DNA of 32,000 bases from Erysipelotrichaceae bacterium OH741_COT-311 (GTDB lineage: Bacteria > Bacillota_I > Bacilli_A > Erysipelotrichales > Erysipelotrichaceae). Each line of letters begins with the position of its first letter. Position 1 is the stretch's first letter. This document shows positions 7,835 to 16,762 of this stretch, piece after piece. Below the pieces are notes generated by a model. The model ran no database searches and was not told the origin of the DNA. It was given only the letters and a program-made list of their open reading frames with translations. The translations under genes were made by a program, and so were the position numbers. The DNA lies in NCBI GenBank assembly GCA_003858585.1, contig RQZE01000007.1, positions 60,001-92,000 on the forward strand. The letters run 5' to 3'.

Positions 7835-9526
7835 TAAAGCTTTTATTTCTTCAAATAAGATTCTTGAGGATTCTACAATCCCATTGTTACCCTTATCTTC
7901 TAAACCTAAACATGTATAAGTTTCTCCTACATATACATTGGTTTCAAATAATGTTTTAAACATTTTATCAATTAATGGATTACATACTTCCTGCATCTGC
8001 ATTGGTCCAAATGGATTTGCAAAATAAGTAGTACTTAATCCCTTTTCTTGAGTTGTACCTAACGCAAAACGCTTTCCTTCAACAAAGATAGGCTTCGCTT
8101 CTTCCAACGTTGTAACTTGGCGTATACCACGTTTATTTGTATAGTTATTAGCATACAGGAACATATCCACTTGATGGGATGCCGTAACATTTTGATAATT
8201 TGCAACCGGTATTACAACACGAGCATTATGACTTTCAGGATTAAAGAAAACGGAACGATCCATATCACGGTAAGCTGTACCCTTATCCAAATCATCTAAA
8301 CGTACAAAAGCCCCTATTTCTGTTCCGGAAGCCACTACCTTACCATCTTCAATCTTAAAGACACCCATATCATCAAAAATAATCTCTTGACGAATGATTT
8401 CACCTTTCGCAATCCCGGTCATCGCCTCAATCGTTTCTGATTTTCCGGCACCAGAATCTCCCATTAACACCAATCCTTTTTTACGACCATCTTTCAAATA
8501 TAAGTTAATCATAGCTCCATGAATTGGTAACCAACCCTTCTGCATGGCTTTTAAATTATGTAAGGTTAACGCCATCTTCTTTAAATAGCCAAAATATTCA
8601 ATGACATCTTGATAAGATACTTTCCCAACCCAAATATCATTCTTTCGATCATAAAAATAAGTTGTATCTTGACTACCATCTTTATTACCAAAAAGAATAA
8701 TACATTCTGGTTTAACATCAATACATTCAAAATCACTAGCCAACTCAAATAAATTTGGTAAACCAACTACACTTGAAGTAAAATCTTGATGGAAATAGAT
8801 ATAAGTTAAAAGAGTTCCAACTTTACATGGATAACACATCCATTTATCTTCATCTTTATTAAACTCACTCATAGGATGTACTTTTGTCTCCGTAAATATT
8901 CCCAAACGCTTATTACTTTTAGGATGAATAATGAGCGGTGTGCGTAACATAATAGTATTAATAAATGGAATATCTTTTAAAGCACTATATTCACTTGGTG
9001 TATACCAGCTATATTCTCTTAACAATAAACTAGCATTCGTACCTGCTTGTAATTGACGATACACTTTATTTTTACTACCTTGTACTTTTTGTTGTATCAA
9101 GCGATAAAAATTTAATACCATTTGATTAAATTGATTATCGGCATCAATAAAGTTTGCAAGTTGTAATCCAGATTCATTTTTTGTAAACACAATAGAATAA
9201 CGTTGCATACTACGCCAAAAATTATATGCCAATTCCACTATTTCATTAAAATATACTTTATTTTTCAAAAAGCGTGAGTCAAGTTCATCCAATTCTAAAA
9301 CCAACATCATCTTTAATAATTTAATAAGTTCCATCATAACATCTTCTTCCTGTTGATCTTCTAAAATCCATTGGTATAAAGATATATTTTCTTCTTTTAA
9401 AGAATGTAAAAAAGCGTTTAAAAATTCATAAAATCCATCCGAAGATAATAACTCATCACTTGTTTGAAAATATTCTTTTGTATAGTTTATCAACACGGTT
9501 TTCCTTGCCATATAAAATGCTTGCAT
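7832..9526 (-). CDS. uncharacterised protein with PEP-carboxykinase/HPr-kinase-like P-loop catalytic half
   Basis: Start re-called to the ATG at 9524-9526, 7 nt after GGAGGA; the track's TTG at 9541 is part of the RBS. P-loop LVLMGDSGAGKSE is at nt 8435-8461. It is preceded by YLKKMALTLHNLKAMQKGWLPIH and followed by IIFDDMG...GTEIGAFVRL, NARVVIP and FANPFG. The N-terminal 200 aa or so are unrecognisable. Confidence 0.5.
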   Translation of the reverse strand: MQAFYMARKTVLINYTKEYFQTSDELLSSDGFYEFLNAFLHSLKEENISLYQWILEDQQEEDVMMELIKLLKMMLVLELDELDSRFLKNKVYFNEIVELAYNFWRSMQRYSIVFTKNESGLQLANFIDADNQFNQMVLNFYRLIQQKVQGSKNKVYRQLQAGTNASLLLREYSWYTPSEYSALKDIPFINTIMLRTPLIIHPKSNKRLGIFTETKVHPMSEFNKDEDKWMCYPCKVGTLLTYIYFHQDFTSSVVGLPNLFELASDFECIDVKPECIILFGNKDGSQDTTYFYDRKNDIWVGKVSYQDVIEYFGYLKKMALTLHNLKAMQKGWLPIHGAMINLYLKDGRKKGLVLMGDSGAGKSETIEAMTGIAKGEIIRQEIIFDDMGVFKIEDGKVVASGTEIGAFVRLDDLDKGTAYRDMDRSVFFNPESHNARVVIPVANYQNVTASHQVDMFLYANNYTNKRGIRQVTTLEEAKPIFVEGKRFALGTTQEKGLSTTYFANPFGPMQMQEVCNPLIDKMFKTLFETNVYVGETYTCLGLEDKGNNGIVESSRILFEEIKAL

Positions 9527-9554
9527 ATCATAGTCCTCCAACTATAAGATTATA

Positions 9555-10274
9555 TCATTTTCTTATTAAATCTTGGCGATGAATTTCACTTGCAACACTT
9601 GAAATTGCACTTGTTGCATTCAAGGCATTTTTAAATTCATTCCCATATGGAATATAGATTAACGTATCACTAAGCGCTAAAACCTCTTTCGCAATCCCTC
9701 TTTTTTCTCCACCAACAACTAACACCATTTTTTTTGTATATTCAGTTTCATAGATGCTTTGTGCCAGATCACTTCTTTGCATACTAAAAATCGTATACTG
9801 CTTTGCCTTTAACTTCGTTAAGTCTTGTGTTATATCATCACTAAAATAAATAGCTAATTTATTAAATGCTCCTGCACTCGATTTTAAAATAATATGTTCG
9901 ATGGAATCAAAATCTCTACGCTTTAATATTACAGCTGAAAACCCAAAACAATACAAACTGCGAAACGCATATCCTAGATTAAATGGATCTTCAATACCAT
10001 CAATACACGCAATTCTATTCCCTTTGATATCTTCAAACTTTTGATAGGTACGAGGCATACTTTCCGCAAGAATTCCACCATGTGTTTTTCCACTTGCCAA
10101 AGCATCAATTTCACTTCTTGTACAATAGTTTATCTTTATTCCTTTTTGATTTGCCAGCTTAACGATATATCGAGTATTGCGATCATCTTTTTGTTTATCC
10201 ATATATAGCATTACTACTTGATGATAATTATGTTCTAGTAGTGATTTTACACTAATTGCTCCTTCAAAAATCAT
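9555..10274 (-). CDS. TrmH/SpoU-family (SPOUT) RNA methyltransferase, RlmB-like
   Basis: 239 aa. SPOUT motifs are present: CIDGIEDPFNLGYAFRS, LVVGGEKRGI, IPYGNEFKNALNATSAISSV. Its ATG overlaps the upstream U32 stop (ATGA at 10271-10274). Confidence 0.75.
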   Translation of the reverse strand: MIFEGAISVKSLLEHNYHQVVMLYMDKQKDDRNTRYIVKLANQKGIKINYCTRSEIDALASGKTHGGILAESMPRTYQKFEDIKGNRIACIDGIEDPFNLGYAFRSLYCFGFSAVILKRRDFDSIEHIILKSSAGAFNKLAIYFSDDITQDLTKLKAKQYTIFSMQRSDLAQSIYETEYTKKMVLVVGGEKRGIAKEVLALSDTLIYIPYGNEFKNALNATSAISSVASEIHRQDLIRK

Positions 10275-11476
10275 TTGATAACCCTTCTAATCATGTCATG
10301 TTGTGCTACCGGAAATGGTGTGTTGATATATACAATACTCATAGGTCGATTACATACTTCAACGATTTGCCCTTCTTCATCTATGATATCACTAGCCACA
10401 AAACGTTGATTATCAATACTTGGACCAAATACTTCTAACGTATCATTTAACAAGAAATAATTACGTACTTCTACTTTTGCTCGTTGACTATCTGCATCAT
10501 AATCCAAAATATAACCGATAAATTCATGCGTTACTCCACTTCCATTGACATCGTATAGATGAGCATGTTCATCAGGAATTCCACCTAAAAATCCTGTACA
10601 TGTTAAACGATTTTCTGCTTTTGAAAATTCATTTTGATAGTAATCCAAACGTTCTTGGCTAATGTCTTTCTCACGATAAATTTCATCAATTAGTTTACGA
10701 TATGTCTTGACTACCGTTGCAATATAGTAATTAGACTTCATACGCCCTTCAATTTTTAATGATGCAACATTAGCATCGATCATATCTTTAATAAAATAAG
10801 AAGCTTGTAAATCTTTACTTGACATTGAAAACAATACTTCTTCATCGGACAATTCAACATCTTCTTGATACAAGTGATACTTCCAACGACAACTTTGAGC
10901 ACATCCTCCACGATTCGCATCTCGTAATGTCATAACATTACTTAACGTACATCTTCCTGAAAAGTTTGAGCACATACCACCATGAATGAATGCCTCTATC
11001 GGCTTCTTTGATTTTGCTGTAATATCTTTAATCATCTCCATAGAACATTCTCTTGCCAAAACAATACGATCTACACCCCAAGCAATATATTCTTCAATAG
11101 CAGCACTATTTAACGTGTTCATCTGTGTTGATAAATGCACTTCAAGTTTTGGTGCAACTTCTTTACACAGTTTAATATAGGTTGGTGAAGCAATAATAAC
11201 TGCTGTAACACCTATTTCTTCCAATGTTTTTAAATATTCTTTTAGTCCATCAAAATCTTCATTATGTGGAATAATATTCACTGTAACATGAATTGCTGCT
11301 TGATATTCATTTGCAAACGCTACAGCTTCTTTGATCGCATCAATATCAAAATTACTCGCACGTGATCGTAACGAGAACTTTTTTCCGCCAATAAATACAG
11401 CATCTGCACCATATCGTATGGCTGTTTTACACCTTTGTAAGTCTCCAGCTGGAGCTAACAATTCAATTTTATTCAT
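10271..11476 (-). CDS. peptidase U32 family protein, YrrO/TrhP-like (RNA 5-hydroxylation family)
   Basis: 401 aa. N-terminal ELLAPAGD...AIRYGADAVFIGG is typical of U32. The Cys cluster (GGMCSNFSGRCTLS...GGCAQSCRW) matches the conserved U32 signature. It is the second gene of a short/long U32 pair, as in B. subtilis yrrN-yrrO. Confidence 0.85.
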   Translation of the reverse strand: MNKIELLAPAGDLQRCKTAIRYGADAVFIGGKKFSLRSRASNFDIDAIKEAVAFANEYQAAIHVTVNIIPHNEDFDGLKEYLKTLEEIGVTAVIIASPTYIKLCKEVAPKLEVHLSTQMNTLNSAAIEEYIAWGVDRIVLARECSMEMIKDITAKSKKPIEAFIHGGMCSNFSGRCTLSNVMTLRDANRGGCAQSCRWKYHLYQEDVELSDEEVLFSMSSKDLQASYFIKDMIDANVASLKIEGRMKSNYYIATVVKTYRKLIDEIYREKDISQERLDYYQNEFSKAENRLTCTGFLGGIPDEHAHLYDVNGSGVTHEFIGYILDYDADSQRAKVEVRNYFLLNDTLEVFGPSIDNQRFVASDIIDEEGQIVEVCNRPMSIVYINTPFPVAQHDMIRRVIK

Positions 11477-11483
11477 ACTTCAC

Positions 11484-12368
11484 CTATCTTACTAAATTAG
11501 TTTTTAAATACATGTACCCACTATGATAATGACTATCTGGATATGCTTCACTTAATCGTTTAAAGATAGCATCAGGATCTCCCTTTTGTAATACAGCCTG
11601 ATATCCATCTAAAACATCAAATAACTCTTGTTGACTCATAAAAATATCATCTATAATGAAACGATTAATCTTTTCTTTCATCTGTAACATTTCTTTAAAA
11701 CCCGCCAACGTAAATTCTGTAAATACACTGGTACCATGTTCATTTTCAATTGCAGGCATGCTACCTTGACGTGTAGATTCGATTAAATCATAGCGTTGGT
11801 TATAGACTACACCATAATTAGAATCAATATGCTTTAAATAATTTTTAATAAACGGACGTTTTGTATAAGACAAATTCAAGCGTCCATGAATAATATAATC
11901 ACACTTGCCAGGATTATAATCTAAAATTTCTATAATTTCTTCCAATGTAATTTCTTTTGAAATCACTACACTGTTTGTGCCTTGTTGCAGATAAAAATTA
12001 ACATCATATTTATTGGTCATCAATGTATCCGGATTAAACGATAGTAAATGTAACATTTCTAATTTGCGTGCAAGATGTAATACAGCTAAATCATTGTAAT
12101 AAATACCATCGACTCCCATTGTTTTCAATGTTTTTAAATAAGACTCCAACAACATTAAATCAGGTTCTTCTATCATACGATTAATTAAAACATAATATTT
12201 TAATCCTAATTGCTTACATTGTAGATGAATCTCCAACATCTCTTCCTTTGTAAAATAATGATTCAGTCGATTCGCAAAATAGGCTTCTCCAACGATAACA
12301 CCATCTATTTTTTTTTCTTTTAAAGTCTCTAGTATATCCTTACTAGAAAGCGTAACTATTAATTCCAT
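11484..12368 (-). CDS. peptidase U32 family protein, YrrN-like (short U32 partner)
   Basis: About 294 aa from the ATG at 12366-12368 (RBS GAGAGG); the track's TTG at 12404 sits inside the promoter. It has a TIM-barrel-like U32 N-terminal pattern (IDGVIVGEAYFANRL...GVDGIYYNDL). It ends 7 nt upstream of the long U32 gene. Confidence 0.75.
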   Translation of the reverse strand: MELIVTLSSKDILETLKEKKIDGVIVGEAYFANRLNHYFTKEEMLEIHLQCKQLGLKYYVLINRMIEEPDLMLLESYLKTLKTMGVDGIYYNDLAVLHLARKLEMLHLLSFNPDTLMTNKYDVNFYLQQGTNSVVISKEITLEEIIEILDYNPGKCDYIIHGRLNLSYTKRPFIKNYLKHIDSNYGVVYNQRYDLIESTRQGSMPAIENEHGTSVFTEFTLAGFKEMLQMKEKINRFIIDDIFMSQQELFDVLDGYQAVLQKGDPDAIFKRLSEAYPDSHYHSGYMYLKTNLVR

Positions 12369-12386
12369 AAAAACCTCTCGAGTAGC

Positions 12387-12395
12387 ATTATAGCA
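12387..12395 (-). promoter_or_regulatory. extended -10 promoter element for the U32 operon
   Basis: Minus strand reads TGCTATAAT (TG-n-TATAAT). No good -35 is present. A short leader runs to the RBS and the ATG at 12368. Confidence 0.4.
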
Positions 12396-12427
12396 TATTG
12401 ACAATTTCTTTCCTATAATTTAACATT

Positions 12428-12520
12428 TAACTGATATATGCGTTAAGTGCCAATACTTGGGTACTATTGGACGAAAAGGAAACTTGCGGTATGTATCAAG
12501 ACCTTAGTATTTTGTAACTT
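12428..12520 (+). promoter_or_regulatory. THF (tetrahydrofolate) riboswitch, folT motif
   Basis: Conserved core strings GCGTTAAGTG, ACGAA and GCGGT occur in the order and spacing I recall for THF-I riboswitches. P2-like pairing is GATATAT/ATGTATC, P3 is CCAATA/TATTGG, and a small GAAA-capped helix is AAG-GAAA-CTT. It lies directly upstream of a folT-like ECF S-component. The downstream CTTCCTTTA (about 12519-12527) can pair with the RBS TAAAGGAGG. Confidence 0.75.
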
Positions 12521-12560
12521 CCTTTACAACTACTAAGTGGTTATAAAGGAGGCTTTTTTT

Positions 12561-13127
12561 ATGAAAAAATATCTACAACAAGCTACAAAACAAACAAAAA
12601 ATGTTAAAGCTATTTCGATAGTATCTTTATTAATTGCATTAAATATTTCTATTACAAAACTATCTATTCCTTTAACAGACACTCTTAAAATTTCATTTAA
12701 ATTCTTAACAAATGCTTTAACCGGTCTAATCGGAGGTCCTTTTTTAGCTTTAATATCCGGATTTATTACGGATAATCTGTCTATTATGGTTTTTCCATCA
12801 AAATATCCTTATTTTATTGGTTATACCTTTAATGAAATGCTGGGAGTGTTTATTTATGCCTTATTTTTCTTTAAACAGAAAATAACGATTGTACGCATTA
12901 TACTAGCACGCATTTCTATCAGTTTATTTTGTAACGTTTTAATTGGATCTTATTTATCAAGTATAATCGCAACAAAATCATTTGCTTATTACTTCGCAAA
13001 AAGTATTGTTAAAAACGGATTATTATTACCAGTTGAAATTACTTTAATCGTATTAGTATTTAAATTGTTATTACCACTTTTAAATAAATTAAATTATACA
13101 AATCAAAAAAACATTCCTATCTGGTAA
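12561..13127 (+). CDS. folT: folate-family ECF transporter S component
   Basis: About 188-aa polytopic membrane protein. The ATG at 12561 follows AAGGAGG; the track's GTG at 12537 lies in the riboswitch expression platform. Size and topology fit an ECF S-component, and it is preceded by the THF riboswitch, the classical folT arrangement. Confidence 0.7.
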   Translation: MKKYLQQATKQTKNVKAISIVSLLIALNISITKLSIPLTDTLKISFKFLTNALTGLIGGPFLALISGFITDNLSIMVFPSKYPYFIGYTFNEMLGVFIYALFFFKQKITIVRIILARISISLFCNVLIGSYLSSIIATKSFAYYFAKSIVKNGLLLPVEITLIVLVFKLLLPLLNKLNYTNQKNIPIW

Positions 13128-14244
13128 GCCCAATCTTAATACTAGAATTATCATTTTTTAAAACTGAAGTGTATGTTTCATACACTTTTTCTTTATCATC
13201 CATAACCTCTTCTGTGATTTCATCAAACATCATTAATTTATAATTACGTATGTTTTTACTATATGTATACACCAAATCTACTTCAATATCATTTGTTGTG
13301 ATGTGTGTATCATCACCAATTTTTACTTTATTCACCTTTAACGCCACAATACCACCAATTTGTTTTAAAAGGGTATCTTGCCCAGAAATCATATTCCCCA
13401 ATGAATACACAACCAATGTATCATCAATCCACTCAATCGGTTGAACACAATGTGAATGAGTTCCAATCACCAAATCTACATCTAAATCTGCAAGTAATTG
13501 CGCATATTCTATTTGTTGTCGATTGGGTTTTAAAACATATTCATCACCCCAATGCATACTTACAATCAAGTAATCTACAAGTGGGCGATATGCTTCAACA
13601 TCTTCTTTAAGCATTTCTTTATTGTATACATTCACCAGATATTCTTTTCCTTCCGGAACCATAATGCCATTTGTACCGTAAGTATAAGATAAAAAAGCAT
13701 ATGTAATTCCATTTTTTTCATAGATTTTAATTTCATTGCGATCTTCAAAAGATAAGTAACTACCGGCACTTACGACTTCTTTATCACGCCAATATGCAAT
13801 GGAATTTAAAATGGCTTCTTCTCCTTTATCCATAGTATGATTATTCGCTAAAGAAACCAAATTAAAACCAAGATCAACCATGAAATCTCCATAAGCTTGT
13901 GGGGTATTAAATCTAGGGTACGTACTTAATCCTAAATAATCACCACCTAAAATGGTTTCCTGATTATAATAAGCCAAATCATAATTCTTAATAAAATGCA
14001 TAGATGTAAACATGTCACTAAAGTCATAAATACCATTTCCTTTATACGCATCATCATATACCGCTTGATGAATTAATGCATCACCAAACATGATTAAATC
14101 AAATGACGAAATCTCTACATCTATCCTTAGTTCAATTGGACTTAAAAGAATAGTCCCTTTTTCTTTTTGAAGCGTAACTAAATACATGATGGATACAATC
14201 GTTAATATGATTAAAACACTTAATATTACAATTTTCTTTTTCAT
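13117..14244 (-). CDS. CapA-family metallophosphoesterase-like protein (poly-gamma-glutamate CapA/PgsA homologue), membrane-anchored
   Basis: 375 aa with an N-terminal TM helix (KKKIVILSVLIILTIVSIMYLV). Calcineurin-like motifs are GDALIH, LANNHTMDKG, SMHWGDEY, GTHSHCVQP. Confidence 0.7.
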   Translation of the reverse strand: MKKKIVILSVLIILTIVSIMYLVTLQKEKGTILLSPIELRIDVEISSFDLIMFGDALIHQAVYDDAYKGNGIYDFSDMFTSMHFIKNYDLAYYNQETILGGDYLGLSTYPRFNTPQAYGDFMVDLGFNLVSLANNHTMDKGEEAILNSIAYWRDKEVVSAGSYLSFEDRNEIKIYEKNGITYAFLSYTYGTNGIMVPEGKEYLVNVYNKEMLKEDVEAYRPLVDYLIVSMHWGDEYVLKPNRQQIEYAQLLADLDVDLVIGTHSHCVQPIEWIDDTLVVYSLGNMISGQDTLLKQIGGIVALKVNKVKIGDDTHITTNDIEVDLVYTYSKNIRNYKLMMFDEITEEVMDDKEKVYETYTSVLKNDNSSIKIGLTR

Positions 14245-14290
14245 AAAGACCTCTTTTATGTCTTTATCTTATCATAGTTTTACTATATAC

Positions 14291-14632
14291 TTAATCAAAA
14301 AATGCCCATCCAAGATAGATGTAAATAAAATAAATGATATTACCTTGAATACCCAGAAGTTGAAATAAACGATGAAGCTGTGGAATCATAATATAGCCAA
14401 ATTGATAGAACAAAAAGAAGAACCACAAAAAACTAAGTACGACTTTTTTAAACCACGATTCATAACGTGATCGTTTGCGCACATTTAATAACATACCAAA
14501 AATAAATAACATCACACTAATAAAAATTGTTTTTACAATAATCAATAAAGCATGTGATAAAATCATCGGAAGTATATTTAATCCAATGGATAAACATATA
14601 AGCGTTAAAATAGGATATATATATTTTTTCAT
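14291..14632 (-). CDS. small hydrophobic membrane protein, unknown function
   Basis: 113 aa from the ATG at 14630-14632 (MKKYIYPILTL..., RBS GAGG); the track start is 14 codons upstream. Three or four predicted TM segments. No recognisable motif. Confidence 0.5.
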   Translation of the reverse strand: MKKYIYPILTLICLSIGLNILPMILSHALLIIVKTIFISVMLFIFGMLLNVRKRSRYESWFKKVVLSFLWFFFLFYQFGYIMIPQLHRLFQLLGIQGNIIYFIYIYLGWAFFD

Positions 14633-14665
14633 AAGTAACCTCGTTTCATATCTTTTATAACAAGA

Positions 14666-14685
14666 AAAAGGCATTATGCCTTTTT
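14666..14685 (-). terminator. intrinsic terminator after pepO (overlaps its stop)
   Basis: Hairpin AAAAAGGCA-TTA-TGCCTTTTT. On the minus strand the stem is followed by TTTTTCTTGTT. Confidence 0.6.
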
Positions 14686-16567
14686 ACCATATTGTAATGC
14701 GATGTTCCGGTTTTAAATACATTTGATGTTCACTTGTAACCTCAAATGTTTGATAAAACTCATCAAAATGTCTAGGAGTGATATTCGCCCTCAAACTTGC
14801 CGGAGCATGTACATCCATCTGTAATAATAATTGAGCAAATTCTGGACGTACTTTTAAACACCAAACACGTGCCCAATTTGTAAAAAAATCTTTTAAACAA
14901 TAGCCTTCTTTTTGTTTTAAACTTTCTAAGGCACAAGCTAACCCACCTAAGTCAGCAATATTTTCAGATACAGTGAGCTCTCCGCTTACTTTACCATCAG
15001 CTGTAGTAAAAGTATCCCATAAATCAATCATTTGTTGTGCTTTCTGATGAAAGACATTGAAATCTTCTTCTTTCCACCAATTATTTAGATTACCAAACTC
15101 ATCAAACTTTGCCCCATTATTATCAAACGCATGCGAAATTTCATGGGCAATCACTGCTCCTATCCCACCATAGTTTTTACTATCACCTTGACTTAAACTA
15201 TAAAATGGTGATTGTAAAATACCTGCCGGAAAGCAAATAAGGTTGTTAAATGGATGATAATAAGCATTTACATCATGCGCACCCATTTCCCATTTACTGC
15301 GGTCTACCGGTTTTTTATATTGCGCTAATTGATGCAATTCAAACACTTCACGAATATGCATATAGTTTTCATAAAAACTCTTTGTTTCATCAACATGAAC
15401 ATGACTATAAACTTTATCAATTTTACTTGGATACCCAATCAATACTTCAATTTTATTTAATTTAGTAATCGCTTTTTCAATCGTTTCTTTTGATAACCAT
15501 GTATTACGACTTAAACGCTTACGATATGTATCAATAATTCTAGCTACCATATCCTCTACATCTTTTTTTGCCTCTTGTCCAAAGTATGTTTTCCCATAAT
15601 AATCTCCTAAAACATCTTTAAACGTTGAACTTACTAAACGATAAGCATGTTTCTCTTTTGTAGAAATCGCTGTATTCCCTGTTAAAGCCTTTGTATATAC
15701 ACTGCTTTTCTCACGTATATCTTCCGATAACAATGCCCCTACCGATAAAAACTCACAAACAATCATCCAAGATTGAATCGCTTTAAAATTATTTGGATGA
15801 AAGAACTCATTTAAATGTTCAAAATAATTTGGATTTTCAACAATAACTTCCATTACATCTTGATTTAATATGGTAGAAATCCATGTCTTTAAAGACATAT
15901 GACTTAAATAAGCCTCTACCTCTTCAATGCTTCTTGGATTATAACTCTCTGCATAATTTGAACGTTCAATGGATGTTTTTGTATAATCTTTAAATTGTCT
16001 ATCAAAATAAAACGCCTCTTCTATCATTTCTTCTGCTTCTTGTTGAGGATAGCCATAGTCTAATAAGAGACTACGTACTTGTTCTTTCGCAACATTTAAA
16101 AGTAAAGCACCATTTGGATGTGTTTCTTCATAATAGGTTTTATCCGGCAAAAAAGTATTTGCCCCACTTACATACACAGTATTGGTAGTAGCGTTTTTCA
16201 TATCCGAAGATACAGATAGATTTATAGGAAAGCTAACTAAAATATTCTTCGTACTAAAGTCTACTAATTCCTTAAAATCCTTTAAAGATTCTATCTTCTT
16301 TATGTATGGACGAAATGGATCCCATGACTCTTTTTCCTTACGTGTATAATCCATTGCTTGTTTATAAAAAGCAATCATTTCTTTTTGATACGTATTGGTT
16401 AATGGTAAGTTACCATCCTTCATCTTTACAATATCATTCATTAATGTTCTTTCTACATCTTCATCAATGCGTATAAAATTTCCATACATTGGTTTATCAT
16501 CCGGAATTTCCATGGATTGTAAATCTAAGCCGTTTACAGCTAAAAATAAATCATCTTTTATATTCAT
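14684..16567 (-). CDS. pepO: M13-family zinc metallo-endopeptidase (endopeptidase O)
   Basis: 627 aa. HEISHAF (HExxH) zinc site and the downstream ENIADLGG third-ligand motif are present. Overall length is typical of PepO/neprilysin-like enzymes. Confidence 0.88.
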   Translation of the reverse strand: MNIKDDLFLAVNGLDLQSMEIPDDKPMYGNFIRIDEDVERTLMNDIVKMKDGNLPLTNTYQKEMIAFYKQAMDYTRKEKESWDPFRPYIKKIESLKDFKELVDFSTKNILVSFPINLSVSSDMKNATTNTVYVSGANTFLPDKTYYEETHPNGALLLNVAKEQVRSLLLDYGYPQQEAEEMIEEAFYFDRQFKDYTKTSIERSNYAESYNPRSIEEVEAYLSHMSLKTWISTILNQDVMEVIVENPNYFEHLNEFFHPNNFKAIQSWMIVCEFLSVGALLSEDIREKSSVYTKALTGNTAISTKEKHAYRLVSSTFKDVLGDYYGKTYFGQEAKKDVEDMVARIIDTYRKRLSRNTWLSKETIEKAITKLNKIEVLIGYPSKIDKVYSHVHVDETKSFYENYMHIREVFELHQLAQYKKPVDRSKWEMGAHDVNAYYHPFNNLICFPAGILQSPFYSLSQGDSKNYGGIGAVIAHEISHAFDNNGAKFDEFGNLNNWWKEEDFNVFHQKAQQMIDLWDTFTTADGKVSGELTVSENIADLGGLACALESLKQKEGYCLKDFFTNWARVWCLKVRPEFAQLLLQMDVHAPASLRANITPRHFDEFYQTFEVTSEHQMYLKPEHRITIW

Positions 16568-16762
16568 ACTATTCTCCTATTCTTTGATTATTTCTACTAT
16601 ACATTTATTATCACATATTATTTAATATTATAATGCATTTTAAATTTTATAAGCAATTAAAACAATCGAATATAACTCAAAATCTGTTATATATTTTTAA
16701 TTGAAACAGGTATTTAATTTATAAAAATTAAGTTATAATAAATTCTATAGTTAGGAGTGTCT

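Noticed and set aside
12398-12419. Perfect TTGACA and TATAAT hexamers on the plus strand
   Set aside because: They are only 10 nt apart, incompatible with a single sigma-A promoter. TTGACA pairs better with TAACAT at a 17-nt spacing. The apparent TATAAT may act alone or be fortuitous in AT-rich DNA.
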